From the NCBI GenBank assembly GCA_003693705.1, contig RBZT01000781.1, positions 1-64,000 of the forward strand: DNA of 64,000 bases, written 5' to 3'. The stretch comes from Polymyxa betae A26-41 (lineage: Eukaryota; Protista; Endomyxa: Phytomyxea). This document shows, piece after piece, positions 13,615-28,932 of the stretch. The notes below the pieces were generated by a model. The model was not told where the DNA came from, made no database searches, and was given only the letters and a program-made list of their open reading frames with translations. Every line of letters begins with the position of its first letter. The first letter of the stretch is position 1. The position numbers and the translations under genes were made by a program.

Positions 13615-14146
13615 CCCAATAAGATGACAGAGATGACTGGAGTAAGAAGTCGTGGAGAAAGACACTTGGATGCGACAACCTGCTTAAAATAGAAGCGCTC
13701 TGAACTTCTTGAAAGTCCTTTGGATGGTTTTTCCAAGAATAAAGCCCGAGCCGTTGGAGAGAAAACTCTACGAGATTCCAATAGGCAGAGACGTCTCGAG
13801 AATAGTGAACCGAACCGTGAAATGAGGTTCAATCGGCCGGGCGAGAAGCACCCTATTCAGATTCCAGAAGAGACCGCCGTACTAAGTGGTAACACCTTAC
13901 AGATGTGATGAGATTCTATCCAATGATGAGATTTCTACTGGACACAACCGCTAACCTTCGTATCGATCTGATAATATCCAAACGATTTAGAATAATTTCT
14001 TCTGGATATTCTGTCTAACTGCTATATGCCTTACTATACAAGCGGCTAAGACGCGTAATAATCAATACTATTACTGTATTTGTTTATTTTCTTTATCAGC
14101 TAAACTGTCTGATTTCAATGACATTGGTATAATATATTCAACCAAC

Positions 14147-16401
14147 CTAATGAATCTGATTCCGAACCTGGATTTGTGACCATTTCGCAGGCTGGTACTT
14201 TATAGAATGAGCAGGAGGAGTCTCTGGAATTTTCACAGTCAGACGAGGCCTAACTGGTGCCGAATCTCCAGATTGCGGTAGAGTCTTATTCTTCGCTGAT
14301 TCTAACAGAATGGATGGCTTAATTTTCTTGTCTTCCATGCCCTCCATAGGGATCACGATAGTAGGACCTTGAACTGGTCTGTGCTGAGAATTAGGACGCG
14401 ATGAGGATCGGTTGGATTGTAGACACGACTCTTCTTGTTGATGCCCAGCAGCTGAAAGGCCCGGTGCTGAAGCTGATTCGACAGCAGAAGAAGGCGGAGC
14501 AGGACGTGAGAATGCTGCGCCTGTTTGGCCACCAGTTGGCAGCTTCTCAAGTTTAACCTCTGCACGCGGACCACCCCATGTTCGAACTCGGAGTGTCCAA
14601 ACGCCATAGAGCTGAAATAATGCCGACATGATTGGAAGGAATAAAACAATAAATGGATAGCACCATGCGATCTTCAAGCGGTTGATCTTAATTCCAAATC
14701 CAGCTACAAATAGCCAGATTGGAATAAAGATGAGCAAAGCGATGGTAAGAGTGAGAATTGTTCCACGACCAAGCAGTTGCTCCGATAAAAACACGTACAG
14801 AAATAATGGGCCGTTTTTCAGAGATGTAAACAACTGTAAGATCAGAAGTCCTGGGACATGTTTCCACAGAACTGGAGAGCATAACATATGAATCTCGTTT
14901 CCAAGTGTTCCAAGATACCAACGACGCCGCTGTTTCATCAGTCCGATAAATGATGAGCATCCCTAATCACAGATTAGAACTATTACTGGTTTTAACAATA
15001 AGGAATACCTCTGTTTTGCACCGAGCTGCAGAACAGTATCCAATCCTATACTGTTCAGGGCATCTCTCCATTAACAGATGCGTCAGATAACGATCTTCGC
15101 CAAGATGGCATCGAGCAAAATCTAACGAGTCTGTTGAATTTTGCTGGCTGAAGTACTGCTCGGCGACAGATTGAAGAGACTCAAATCGTACGATGGTCAG
15201 CGCTCCAGGCAAACAAGAGACCGAGCCCAAATAGTCTTCTGTGGTTCGCTGCATCATTTGCGACTCGATATATTCAGTATCTTGCAAAATCTAAAAACTG
15301 CCAATTAGTAAGAGCATTCAAATTGAAGTCGGGTCAGACCTTCAAGAAATTATACGTGCCAGCAGTCTTGCAAGTTATCAATCCGGTAAGCGCTTCGCGA
15401 TACTTTCCCGTCATTAAGTCATAAACGAAGTAGTTGATTGCAAATGGATCCAACTGAATATCAGAGTCCATAAACAGCAAAAGTGGCTTCGACGAAGGAT
15501 GGTTGCCATAACGATTAATTAGATAGCGATAGGCGCACATCTGAGCATGACGCTTCCCTCCATGTGGGAAACGACAAGGCGTCACTCGTAGACCATGGTA
15601 TTCAAGATCTTGGACGTGAGGGTAACTTTCCCATTGCTTCGGTGGTTCCTCATTAAGCTTTTTCTCCAGTTGTGCATAGAGCTTCTCCAGTGCATGCTTG
15701 CCTTGTTTTTTCATTGCATGAAGATCGATTTCCGAGGAATTAGATAAGCAGTGCTGGACATTGCGGAATAAGGGAGTGATTTCCTCATCATCGAATGCAA
15801 GAACTAGATGCATTCGATGATTAGGGTAAACAGTCTCGACAACAGAATTAATGGCCGTCATCAGCGAAGGTAGAGGCTCATTATAAATTGGCATCACCAC
15901 AGTGATGTTCGGCAATTCGTTGATATTCCGGTTACGATGTGTCCTTCTTAAGATTCGAAGAAGATTGGAGCCAGTCACTGCTGCAGCAGTGGGCTGGTTA
16001 GCAAGCGAATGTAGAGCGCAACCGATCTTGAACCACGAAGTCATCAGCTGAACAATAGGCTCGTAAAACAGAAATACAGCCCATTTATGGTTAAACACAG
16101 ATCGGGCAAAGATTCGCCCGACAAATAATCGATTCCAATCCACTGTTGAAAGAACTACGAAATAAACAATGGCATTGTAACCGAGGTAGAAGACTAGAAG
16201 GAGGAAAGCCACAATCCTTGTGGACGTCTTGCTCTGTTTTCCTTTCTCGCCTTGAACAACAATGACACATAAGGATGCAGTATAAACCGAGCTATAGACG
16301 AGGGAATGAAAGCAAGCCATGAGCAGGAAAGTCGCGCTGGCTGCATACTCCACATATCTCACGTCGAAACCAACAGCTAGCGATCGTAAATATTCAATCA
16401 T
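14147..16401 (-). CDS. Chitin synthase (GT2), 2 introns
   Basis: VVMPIYNE, GGKRHAQ, FMDSD, CLPGAL, LGEDRYLT and QRRRW motifs; TM segments at both ends; TWG motif near the C-terminus. Confidence 0.9.
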
Positions 16402-16942
16402 CGCGTTTACAGTTTGAGCAGAAAACCGTCCTCACCGCAGGCGATTGGATACCGCCCAGAAAATTCGATTGTGAGGCGTCTCTCTTTGTAACTTCAGGTG
16501 TCCTGAGCCCGGCTCAGAGACAGAAACCCTTTGCATCCAGTCCTCCACATGAAATATCTTCTATGAAGTTACCCTGAACAAGACTGAAAGATAGGGAGAG
16601 TCGGGAGACCTCCTTCTGTCTGTCACAGTGAGTGTAGCCTCATCATGGTCAATCTATTGTCATTGGTATCGCTCAACCAGCCTATATTCTAGACTTTAAT
16701 AGTGTACTGGGATGCGCCCTCTATGTTCTGGGCTTGTCAAGGTAGCTTTGCCGAGGCTTGCTGAAGAGAGATTGCGCCATCAAACACATTCTAGACACAG
16801 GTATATGTCTCTGAAAAGTATTTAGTTGCAAGGTGATAATGTCATAAATTTAAACGAATAATTTAACTGAAAGCGCTGCCGAAACTTAAGTTGATAAAAG
16901 ATTATTAATTGATTTTAGACGAAAAATCGGGCAGGTAGATTA

Positions 16943-18840
<1,898 letters not shown>

Positions 18841-19270
18841 GGCCTGACTGTGTATTCAAGAAGACAACCTTCACGGACGCCGCTGCAGCCAATCATCACT
18901 TTTACTAAGCATTTAAAGATTAGACAATTTCATATGGAAGTGATGTATTGGGGTTACAGTATAAGATCAATATCTTTGTTGACATCTTTTTTCATAAACA
19001 TGTGCTGCCAAATTATTTTAAATGCTGAATGGTTGATTTTGTAGGTGCAAGTAAAGAAAAGAAACACAAGAAATAATTACCGAAGAAACAATTGCCGGAA
19101 GCAAGATGGGAAATGAGTCAGAATCTCTGCAATGACTCAACATATGGTGTTTACTACCAACCAAGGGTTGAAATGGGCTATTGATTCTAGGGAGTGATTC
19201 AACTTACCAGGGAGGATGCCAGAGAGCATCCCTTTCCGATGTTTATTTCGGAAAAAGAAATTCTTTTAAG

Positions 19271-20107
19271 ATGCTTGCTGCTATCGTTTTTGCTCTTGTC
19301 TGCATCAATGCTCCGTTCGCCTTATCCGATGTCCTTGCTGATTATGTTCGCGTTGCAAACAAAAATTTCGAAACCGGTACTGCTGCTGTGCCAGTAACAG
19401 CGCCGAATCAAACTCTTGATGCGTGCGCCCAATCCTGCTCAAGCAAATCCGATTGTCAATCATTCATCTTCAATGGAAACAAGAGCACATGTGTGCTGCA
19501 ACCACTGCGGCGATGTCAACTCCTAGCGATCCGCCCTGTTGGGGTTTCAGCAGAACAGAATTCAGGAGATATCTACGAAAAGAAAGCTTCTGTTTCGATG
19601 GGCAGTAATGACAATTATACGCCACTCTTTAAGAATCAATGCGGTAAGAACTGGTTTCAGTTATTATCACCATATCTCAATAAGATCAAGGAACATATAC
19701 TGGAGCTGAGATCAACAAAACAAGGCAATCGACTTTGTCATCGGGTTCTGACAACGACATCATCACGAAGTTTGCAGGCGATTGCGGCAGCGGCTGTTTA
19801 ACGTACAATGCTTTCATACAGAATTTCGAATCCAACACATTTTTTTAGGATACGGAAACCAACTGCATGCAAATCATTCCTGACCTCGGTTGTTATCACG
19901 ACAATGGCGAACGGCAGTACGACCCTGGATATGACCTGCACTTTGTTTCGAGATTCGATTTACAGCACGCCGGGACACGGGTTCTATTCGATCAGCAACA
20001 CAGCCCAATGTGCTGGAAATCAAACCACAATATATGGTCTGGGAGTACAGGAAACCTCTCAGCTTAACTGTGGCGTTGGCTTATCAGAACGTCCAGTCGT
20101 CGCTTAA
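19271..20107 (+). CDS. Secreted protein with PAN/Apple-like domains, 2 introns
   Basis: Signal peptide MLAAIVFALVCINA; TLDACAQSCSSKSDCQSFIFN...CVL; a second CxxxC..CKSF..CTL unit after splicing. Confidence 0.7.
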
Positions 20108-20596
20108 TGTGTATATAAATGGCAGAAAACATTTATTGTCCACAATATGTAAGCCCAGTGAGCCTGATTTTCGTCAGTTTCCAAATATCAGCAACTGGGA
20201 AGTGGCTTTTCTAACAACAAATGCAACTTGTGCTTACAGTGATGCGATTGTTTTGACCACCATACTGTACCGCTTTAATCAACCTCTACATGTCCTGTGC
20301 TTCAATAACACAGGCAGATTCCGAGCAATAAGGCCATCAATCGCAAAGCCACATTCGCAAAAATGGAGAACCAATTGAACTTAGAACTAATCAACTCCAA
20401 GCCAATGCGCTTTCTCCTTGCCCTGATAGGACTCAAATCTACCAAGGCTGGTTACTACTCCCTGCGCCCGGCCTCCAAGACTTGTAACATTACACCAACT
20501 TGATGCGGGTTAATGAGTGGTGCCTATCAAATCGCTGTCAGAATGACCCATCTGATCCGGACTTGATTTGCGTTGATGCTGATGTAAATTTCAGAC

Positions 20597-23500
20597 TTGA
20601 GATCCACTTTATTTCAGTTCCAGGATCCATCTGCCAGGCACCGTGGCACTCTCCATCCCATGCTTTTGCGCTATATTCAAAGGCTCAAGAGCGAAAGGAA
20701 TCCAGAATTTGATAATGAAACTGTCGCACGAGTCTGTGTTACATTCATCTGGGATAATGATGAAGGGCGATACGTGCAAGTTGGTGGATGCGATAACAAT
20801 CACCATTATTTGAAGAAAACGCGGTTCGATATTATTCGCGCTGAACCTCATTGCCATGCGGCTTTGAGAATGAAAGGTCGCGACGATCATGAAAATTTGG
20901 ACGAATTAAATTCGATATGGGGGTTTGACGTAACCGGCGATATCATTCCATCTTTACATTTGCTCAAAGAATTTCAAGACAATGGGTTTATGAGCTACGA
21001 GAGTTGCTTCGACACCGATCTTGAAGCTATACATTTGTCCCTAAATCTGTTTAAAGGCATTTGCGATGATGAAAGTCCAGCTTTCTCTCATTCTCGTAAC
21101 GCCAGCTTGCAATGGCTTGCCGATTTTCTCCTTCCTGATGGAGAATCCGAGGTGAATTTGCTGTCGGATTGTGAAGATGACATCTCTGCCTTTCTTGACA
21201 GCATCAAACCACCTCTGGTCCCAGAACATGGCCCTATCAAAGGCTTATTGTGCAAATTACTACCTTTTCAAGCTCGTGCGCTAACATGGGCACTTAATCG
21301 TGAGAGAACCCCAGAATCATCTGAGAAAAAGCTTGACGTTCTTTTCGAGGAACTCGTTTGTGATGATCGCAGTCTGTTTATTAACAGGTATACTGGACGG
21401 ATGACGACAGTTCGATTTGTTGATAAGACGGAGACTATTCGCGGGGGAATGCTTTGCCAGACTATGGGGCTGGGAAAAACAGTCGAACAGATCGCTCTTA
21501 TTCTTTCAAATCCAGCCACTGAAGAATGGTTAAATTCTGGAGAATTCGAACGCCATCCCGCCACTCTTGTTGTTTGCCCTCAAGCGTTGCTCGGACAATG
21601 GCAGCAAGAAGTTTCTCGGCATGCTCCACAATTGCGAGTTGCAATTGTTTTTACCCAGAATGACTTCCATATTCTGGACAATTCTGAACTTGACATCATT
21701 CTAACTTCATATGAAATCATTCGTCAGCAGAGTGTCTATCAAACCGCAAATGAGAATCGGCGAACATCGCGTCGTGGACGCTTGTCTATACACCCAGTTC
21801 CATTTCTGCTGACTGAATGGTGGAGAGTTGTACTTGATGAAGCTCAAAAAGTCACTGGAGAATCTGGCGTTACGAATGCGGCTCTTTGCTTAAAAGCGAA
21901 CATCCGTTGGGTTGTTTCCGGGACGCCGATCTGCCGTCGTCTTCAAGATCTGTCTGGTCTTCTTCGATTTTTAGGCCATAATCTTGGAGACCGGTTCTAT
22001 TTCGAAAAGCTGGGCCTGGGTAGCGAGCAGCGTTTACGAGATGTTCTGTCCGTCTTGATGTATCGGCATGGAAAGCAGTGTGTTGAACTTGAGCTTTCGA
22101 TTCCTCCGCTGACAGTTGAAACTGTCTACGTTCAGCTTTCTGACATTGAACACATCAAGTACTCCAAAATGATCCGGAAATGCAACGCTATCAAGAACTT
22201 CTCGGGAATGAAAGAAGAGACGCGAATTGCTCGTCTTTGCCGAATGTTGCTTTTATTGCGAAAAATTTGTTGCTGTCCGTTCCTGGTCGATGGAAGGAAA
22301 GGCGATACGGTTCAGGCATCGGAAGCACTTCCGATCTTTGAGATAAAGAAACGGTTATGCCGCGAAGCCGAGCTTGAAGTGGATATCGCTAGTCGTGTCA
22401 ACATCAAGTGCATCACTCAGCTGGCAACTGCTTTAGCGGTTATTCCTAAAGATTTTGCACGTGCCGAGAAGTGCTTAGAATCGGCACTCTCTATTTCCGA
22501 GAATGCTGTACTGCCGTTTCTAACTAATGAGGGCGATAAAGATTATCACAGTGGAACCCGGCTGGAGCATGTCAAAACACTCTCGGGGCGTGCTGTTATT
22601 CTAGAGTGCCTCGGTCGTGTTGAAGACGCGCGTAGCATGCTGTTAAACTGTCACAATACTGTTGATCAGTATTTGCTGTTGCAACTGTCGAAACTAGAGG
22701 ATGCGCATTCGTCCACATCAAAAAATGACAGCATCTCGGAAATGAGCTTGGAAGACATGTTTGGCAGTTGCTCAACCCGATTCACCCTGGCTATATTCAA
22801 GTTGATGATGGGTAAAGAACCTGCTGAAGCAATTTCCAAGCTTAAAAATTTGAACTCCTTTATATGTTCATATCTCGCTGCATTCGATGACGAAATTGCG
22901 ACTGCTGTCGGGGAAACATCTCAGGTATTGGCGTGTTTAAGAGGGCGTCTGGAGATGGAACTAAAAATCAGCCTGCATCGACGAACGTTATTTCGGGACC
23001 TAATTGCACTACGCATGTCTGTTTTGGAATGCCTCGTTGATTTGACGACGTTGTCACTTATCGATGAAGGTGACAGCTATATCACTGACAGGAGCGCTTG
23101 CAAGAACCTTCTTGATTCCCTTCCAGTTGACCGCGATCGAACTGACGTGGGATTTTTTGCCGAAGACAATAGCGATGAAGAAGACATTCAAGATGAAGAG
23201 AATTTTCGAAAAACTGCTCTTGGAGAAAATCGTACCGGGTTCAGTCTAGACGGTGATACGATAGACCATCTTGTTTTGCAAGGATCGATAATGACAGGGT
23301 TGCTTCGAACGGCCGAGAAACTTCATCTCGATGTGGACGAAGGCACCTTGAAAACGTTAACATCTCGGGTTTCTCTTATAAGTATTGTCGTTGGCAAAGA
23401 GCCCGCTGCAATCAGTTCTCGTTGTTCTTCATGGATTTCTGCAATGTTCGCGGTGTTAAGAACCTGGCTTTATCTACGTCAGATGATTACCGATAATGAT

Positions 23501-24529
23501 GAAAACGACCGTATCGCTGGACAGTGCTGGGAGCGATGCTTCGTTATCCGCGAAGAATTAAGGAATTTGTATCGACGGTCGTTCGATCAGCTTGAAACCT
23601 TTTTCGAAGATATTCGTGCTGGCAAGCAAGATGTCTTTGGAGTAGCTCTCGACGTGCGGCGAGCGGAAGCCGATTTGAAGAAATCGGAACAAGAGTTTCA
23701 TTCCCGGCAGAATGAACATCGGTACATTTCTCAAAAATTCGCAGAAGATGTACAGCCTGATGAGACGCGTATTCATTCTGACGACGATGTTTGTCCTATT
23801 TGCCGGGGCCAGTTGCAGACGCCAATTGTAACGCCCTGTGGTCATGTCTTTTGTTCTCCCTGTCTCGCAAGCTATATGGTATCTGGTCATGGACTCTGCC
23901 CGTTGCGCTGTCGCAGTCGTTTCCAGTTTAAAGACTGTCTACTTATTGACGAGTCAACCCCAGAGCAAAGAAGCAAACGCTTCAAAGGAGAAAAATCCGT
24001 TGATGAAGTTCAGTCGGATTATGGTGCCAAGATCAGCGACTTGTTGAAGAGACTGTTTGCTATTCGTCGTGAAGATCCTTGTGCCAAAAGTCTAGTGTTC
24101 TCTCAGTGGACCGACCTGCTAGACGTTTGCAGGATGGCGCTTGAAGAACACGGCATCGAATGCGTTCAGCTGAAAGGCGACTCTCGGCAGAAGGCGAAGT
24201 GTATCGACAAGTTTTTGAACAGTCCTACAATGACGGTTTTCTTGATCCCAATGGCGCAAGGAGCTTCTGGATTGACGATGGTGGCTGCCAGGTATGCCTT
24301 CATTATGGAACCTGGTCTGAATCCCAGCCTGGAGGATCAAGCTATCAACAGAATTCACAGGATCGGGCAAAAACATACTACAAAAGTAGTCAAGTATATT
24401 GCTAAAGGAACGGTCGAAGAGCCTATCGCCGAAATTCAGGAGAGACAACGCTCGACTGGCCATCAAGCACAAAAGGCCTACACACCTGAAGTATTCGACG
24501 AATCCATTCTCAATGACATCTTTAGATAA
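20597..24529 (+). CDS. SNF2-family helicase with C3HC4 RING (SHPRH/Rad5-like); true start uncertain, probably in an upstream exon
   Basis: 1310-aa ORF: GGMLCQTMGLGKT, WWRVVLDEAQ, WVVSGTP, RING CPICR..PCGHVFCSPC..CPLRC, KSLVFSQW, QAINRIHRIGQ; long helicase insert as in SHPRH. Confidence 0.9.
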   Translation: MRSTLFQFQDPSARHRGTLHPMLLRYIQRLKSERNPEFDNETVARVCVTFIWDNDEGRYVQVGGCDNNHHYLKKTRFDIIRAEPHCHAALRMKGRDDHENLDELNSIWGFDVTGDIIPSLHLLKEFQDNGFMSYESCFDTDLEAIHLSLNLFKGICDDESPAFSHSRNASLQWLADFLLPDGESEVNLLSDCEDDISAFLDSIKPPLVPEHGPIKGLLCKLLPFQARALTWALNRERTPESSEKKLDVLFEELVCDDRSLFINRYTGRMTTVRFVDKTETIRGGMLCQTMGLGKTVEQIALILSNPATEEWLNSGEFERHPATLVVCPQALLGQWQQEVSRHAPQLRVAIVFTQNDFHILDNSELDIILTSYEIIRQQSVYQTANENRRTSRRGRLSIHPVPFLLTEWWRVVLDEAQKVTGESGVTNAALCLKANIRWVVSGTPICRRLQDLSGLLRFLGHNLGDRFYFEKLGLGSEQRLRDVLSVLMYRHGKQCVELELSIPPLTVETVYVQLSDIEHIKYSKMIRKCNAIKNFSGMKEETRIARLCRMLLLLRKICCCPFLVDGRKGDTVQASEALPIFEIKKRLCREAELEVDIASRVNIKCITQLATALAVIPKDFARAEKCLESALSISENAVLPFLTNEGDKDYHSGTRLEHVKTLSGRAVILECLGRVEDARSMLLNCHNTVDQYLLLQLSKLEDAHSSTSKNDSISEMSLEDMFGSCSTRFTLAIFKLMMGKEPAEAISKLKNLNSFICSYLAAFDDEIATAVGETSQVLACLRGRLEMELKISLHRRTLFRDLIALRMSVLECLVDLTTLSLIDEGDSYITDRSACKNLLDSLPVDRDRTDVGFFAEDNSDEEDIQDEENFRKTALGENRTGFSLDGDTIDHLVLQGSIMTGLLRTAEKLHLDVDEGTLKTLTSRVSLISIVVGKEPAAISSRCSSWISAMFAVLRTWLYLRQMITDNDENDRIAGQCWERCFVIREELRNLYRRSFDQLETFFEDIRAGKQDVFGVALDVRRAEADLKKSEQEFHSRQNEHRYISQKFAEDVQPDETRIHSDDDVCPICRGQLQTPIVTPCGHVFCSPCLASYMVSGHGLCPLRCRSRFQFKDCLLIDESTPEQRSKRFKGEKSVDEVQSDYGAKISDLLKRLFAIRREDPCAKSLVFSQWTDLLDVCRMALEEHGIECVQLKGDSRQKAKCIDKFLNSPTMTVFLIPMAQGASGLTMVAARYAFIMEPGLNPSLEDQAINRIHRIGQKHTTKVVKYIAKGTVEEPIAEIQERQRSTGHQAQKAYTPEVFDESILNDIFR

Positions 24530-24709
24530 TGTATCTGTTTAATATACACAGTGTAAATTATCTCCTACTCTTAAGTCTATAAACTCGCAGCTGGTGCTTC
24601 CGGCAGTGATTACTGCATATATTCAGCCTCCCGGCAAGAAGGTTCAGGTTACAGAGGCAGGCTGCTGTCGGATACGGCGGAGCCGCTACTTCGTTAACGA
24701 TTCTGACAA

Positions 24710-25097
24710 ATGGAGGGTCGACCAAACCCAGCTGGGTTCGTGTCGCCCATCCGGCAGTCTTACATGAACAGCAGAATCGCAGAAGATTTGATGAGACTCT
24801 GCAAAAAAGCCGCTCCACCATCTCATACTAACTCAATGCCGGAATCGCATCAGCAAGCGAGGATGTTTAGAGCTTGTGCTGGTTTGATGTAATTGAGTTT
24901 ATTGATTGGATGGCACCGCGTTAACTTGATTTAGGAAACCGGAAATTGAACGAGCAAAGCATCACGTTTGCAAACCTCAGTTTGATGTTTTTCAGCAATG
25001 CATATCGCAAGATCGTTCTATGATGAATTGCAAGCTTCTATTCGAAGCGATGTGGAGCTGCGTTCTTTCCGAGCTGCATGTTTATCGTCAGGAATAA
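24710..25097 (+). CDS. Small twin-CX9C (CHCH-like) protein, 1 intron
   Basis: A 46-nt GTAATT..TTAG intron joins ORF 24710 to KPEIERAKHHV-CKPQFDVFQQC-ISQDRSMMN-CKLLFEAMWSC-VLSELHVYRQE*. Confidence 0.65.
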
Positions 25098-25729
25098 GAT
25101 TGAAGCCGCCTCCAACTAACCGTTCCAGTTATACCATCACTGTCAAAAGCATTGAATAAATCAGGTTTTGTCCTGTTGCTTTAGATTTCTGCCTGCCTTG
25201 ATGAATCTTGTTTTTTACCGAGCACGAGCACTTGATAGATTGAACTTGGGCCTATCAAATATCTGCCCTAATTAAACTGCTTAATCCCCTGTTCACCATT
25301 GCATGTGCTAAAAGGGTTGTCCAGTTTTGAGACCACTGAATTTGATCGCATTCTGTCGATTCGTCCATTAAGGTGAGCATCATATATGTTATTGGGGTTG
25401 GTTGCAATGTTTGGACAAGTGTTTGGTTCATGTCGTTTGCTACGTTTGATCATGTCTTGGCATGGCGCATCGTCATGCCGACACGGTTTGCAGTGGACGT
25501 GGGGTGCCACGCCAGTTGGCTGCTTAGTGGCAGCGGGGTTCCACACCAGTGGCCGAAGCCACTGAGAGAAATCTTTAGACGGTTGCTTAACGCAAAGTCT
25601 AGACTCTCGAGTTTAGTAAGGGTAGCAGCCAGAGAGGCCTCCTTCATTGTGCTTCATACCTATCTAGACTTAGTTTGCTAAACAAGTTCTGGTCTTGAGG
25701 CTAAGTCTTTCTCTCCTAGGTCTTCGGTC

Positions 25730-27077
25730 ATGGCATTCGACGCCGTCACGATTGGTCTGCTGTTGGGTCTAGTTACGGGCAGCATTGCCTCAAAGAATCA
25801 GAAACTGGTTTTTAGTGATGAGTTCGACGAACTCGACACGTTCCGTTGGCAGCATGAGGTTACCCTTGGTGGTGGTGGAAAGTAAGATGTAAGCATCCTT
25901 GCCAATCAAGATGTTTTAACTGTGGTTCAGTTGGGAATTTGAACTCTATTCGAATAATCGCTCAAATAGCTACACTCGAGATGGGTAAGTCGTGCTCTAT
26001 GATTCATTGCATACAACTAATAATCGACAGAGTCCTCTATATTCAGCCAACACTAACTGCTGACATGATTGGCGAGCAGAACTTAAAAAGCGGCTACACC
26101 ATGGATCTTTGGGGAAATGAACCCGGGAATCTTTGTACCGGCAATGCGTTCTATGGATGTCAACGAACTAGCGGTGCTGGAGGCAACATCTTAAACCCGA
26201 TTATGTCTGCTCGTCTTCGTACTTCACGAAGCTTTTCTTTCCGCTACGGGCGAGTGGAAGTTCGCGCGAAAATGCCAAAGGGTGATTGGATTTGGCCCGC
26301 CATCTGGTTCCTCCCTCAATGTAAGGCAGTTGCAACGATTAAAGAGTCCAGATCTGATGTGCTTTGCTAGGGTCGGCGTATGGTCAGTGGCCTGCGAGCG
26401 GTGAAATTGACATGGTTGAGTCCCGTGGAAATGCAAAGTCTTACCCGGGTGGTGTTGATAAAATAGCTTCGACTTTACATTGGGGTCCATGGGCAGCTGA
26501 GGATCAGTGGCCGCAAACGCATGGAGAATACCAGTTGCCCGAAGGCGACTTTTCAGACGATTTTCATTTATTTGTTCTAGACTGGAGCAAAGACCGCCTC
26601 TATACCTACGTTGATGATCCTAAGAACATCGTTCTCGATGTCCACTGGAACGGTGATGTTTATTTTTCATCTTTGACGATGGTTATGCTGACTTGTTTAT
26701 AGGAACTGGCCACTGGGGACTTGGCGGATGGGATGACAATCCTAATATGAAGAATCCATGGGAAGGTCGCGAATCTAATGCTCCTTTTGATCAAAAGGTA
26801 GTTTTTTTCCAACTGCTATTCCAAGTCGCCCACGGTCATGTAGTTCTTTATGATTCTTAATGTCGCTGTCGGCGGAACGAACACTTACTTCCCGGATGGT
26901 GTCGGTGGGAAGCCATGGCGGAACGATGATCAACATTCAGTTAATGCATTTTGGGCTGCCAAAAACCAATGGTACCCAACTTGGAATGGAGAAGACGCTG
27001 CGATGAAGATCGATTATGTTCGCATCTATCAAGACGAGACTGTCCTTGACTATGAGAAAAGAGATGAATTTATCTGA
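25730..27077 (+). CDS. Secreted GH16 beta-1,3-glucanase (beta-glucan recognition protein-like subfamily), 5 introns
   Basis: Signal peptide, LVFSDEFD, GGGNWEF, YGRVEVRAKMPKGDWIWPAIW, catalytic WPASGEIDMVE, LNVAVGG. Confidence 0.95.
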
Positions 27078-27670
27078 GGTTATTGGCATTCCTAATGAGC
27101 ATCTTAGCAATCTATATTAAAAGTCAAATTGGAAGTTAAAAATCAAACCTTTGCTATAGTTAATAAATCGATACATAAACTTCGTTTCTCAATCAGCTTT
27201 AACGGGTATCATAAAGTTTCATTTAAAAGAACGAGAATATCGTATTACGATTGCTGCATCCAAAACAGAAGCGACCATTTAAAACTGAAGTTGTGAAACA
27301 AAATGAATCAAAATCTACTATTCACCCGAGCGACATCTGCGTATTTTTTAGATGGCCGATAATGTTTGCAAACCCATCAATTTAAATCGATATATTACAA
27401 GTCGCCATGAGTTTTCCACTGATCATACGTTCAGTTCTTTTCCATGCAAGAAATGTAACAAAACATTGTCGCTTCTCGAACGGTATGAACAGTTTTCATG
27501 ATGCCTTTATGATTCCTGAAGATGGATCCGGAATCAGATCGGCAGATCTGCTTTAGTAAATGATTTTCAAAATGCATACAGGCACTGTACTATCGCCAAA
27601 TCTCCGATCGCCCGTCTACTCAAAATTCATTTCAAACGCTAGGACTTCTACTCACAAGCTAGATCTTCCA

Positions 27671-28882
<1,212 letters not shown>

Positions 28883-28932
28883 CAATGTTAATATGATATG
28901 ATGTATTCTATGGAAACAGTTTGAAAAGCCGC

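Noticed and set aside
13904-13972. Possible box C/D snoRNA (TGATGA twice, CTGA)
   Set aside because: The putative guide matches recalled 18S sequence only with several mismatches, there is no terminal stem, and the double C box is explained by a short tandem duplication.
25268-25681. ORF containing FAVDVGCHASW, resembling a methyltransferase motif I
   Set aside because: No ATG start, no other motifs and no convincing splice path.
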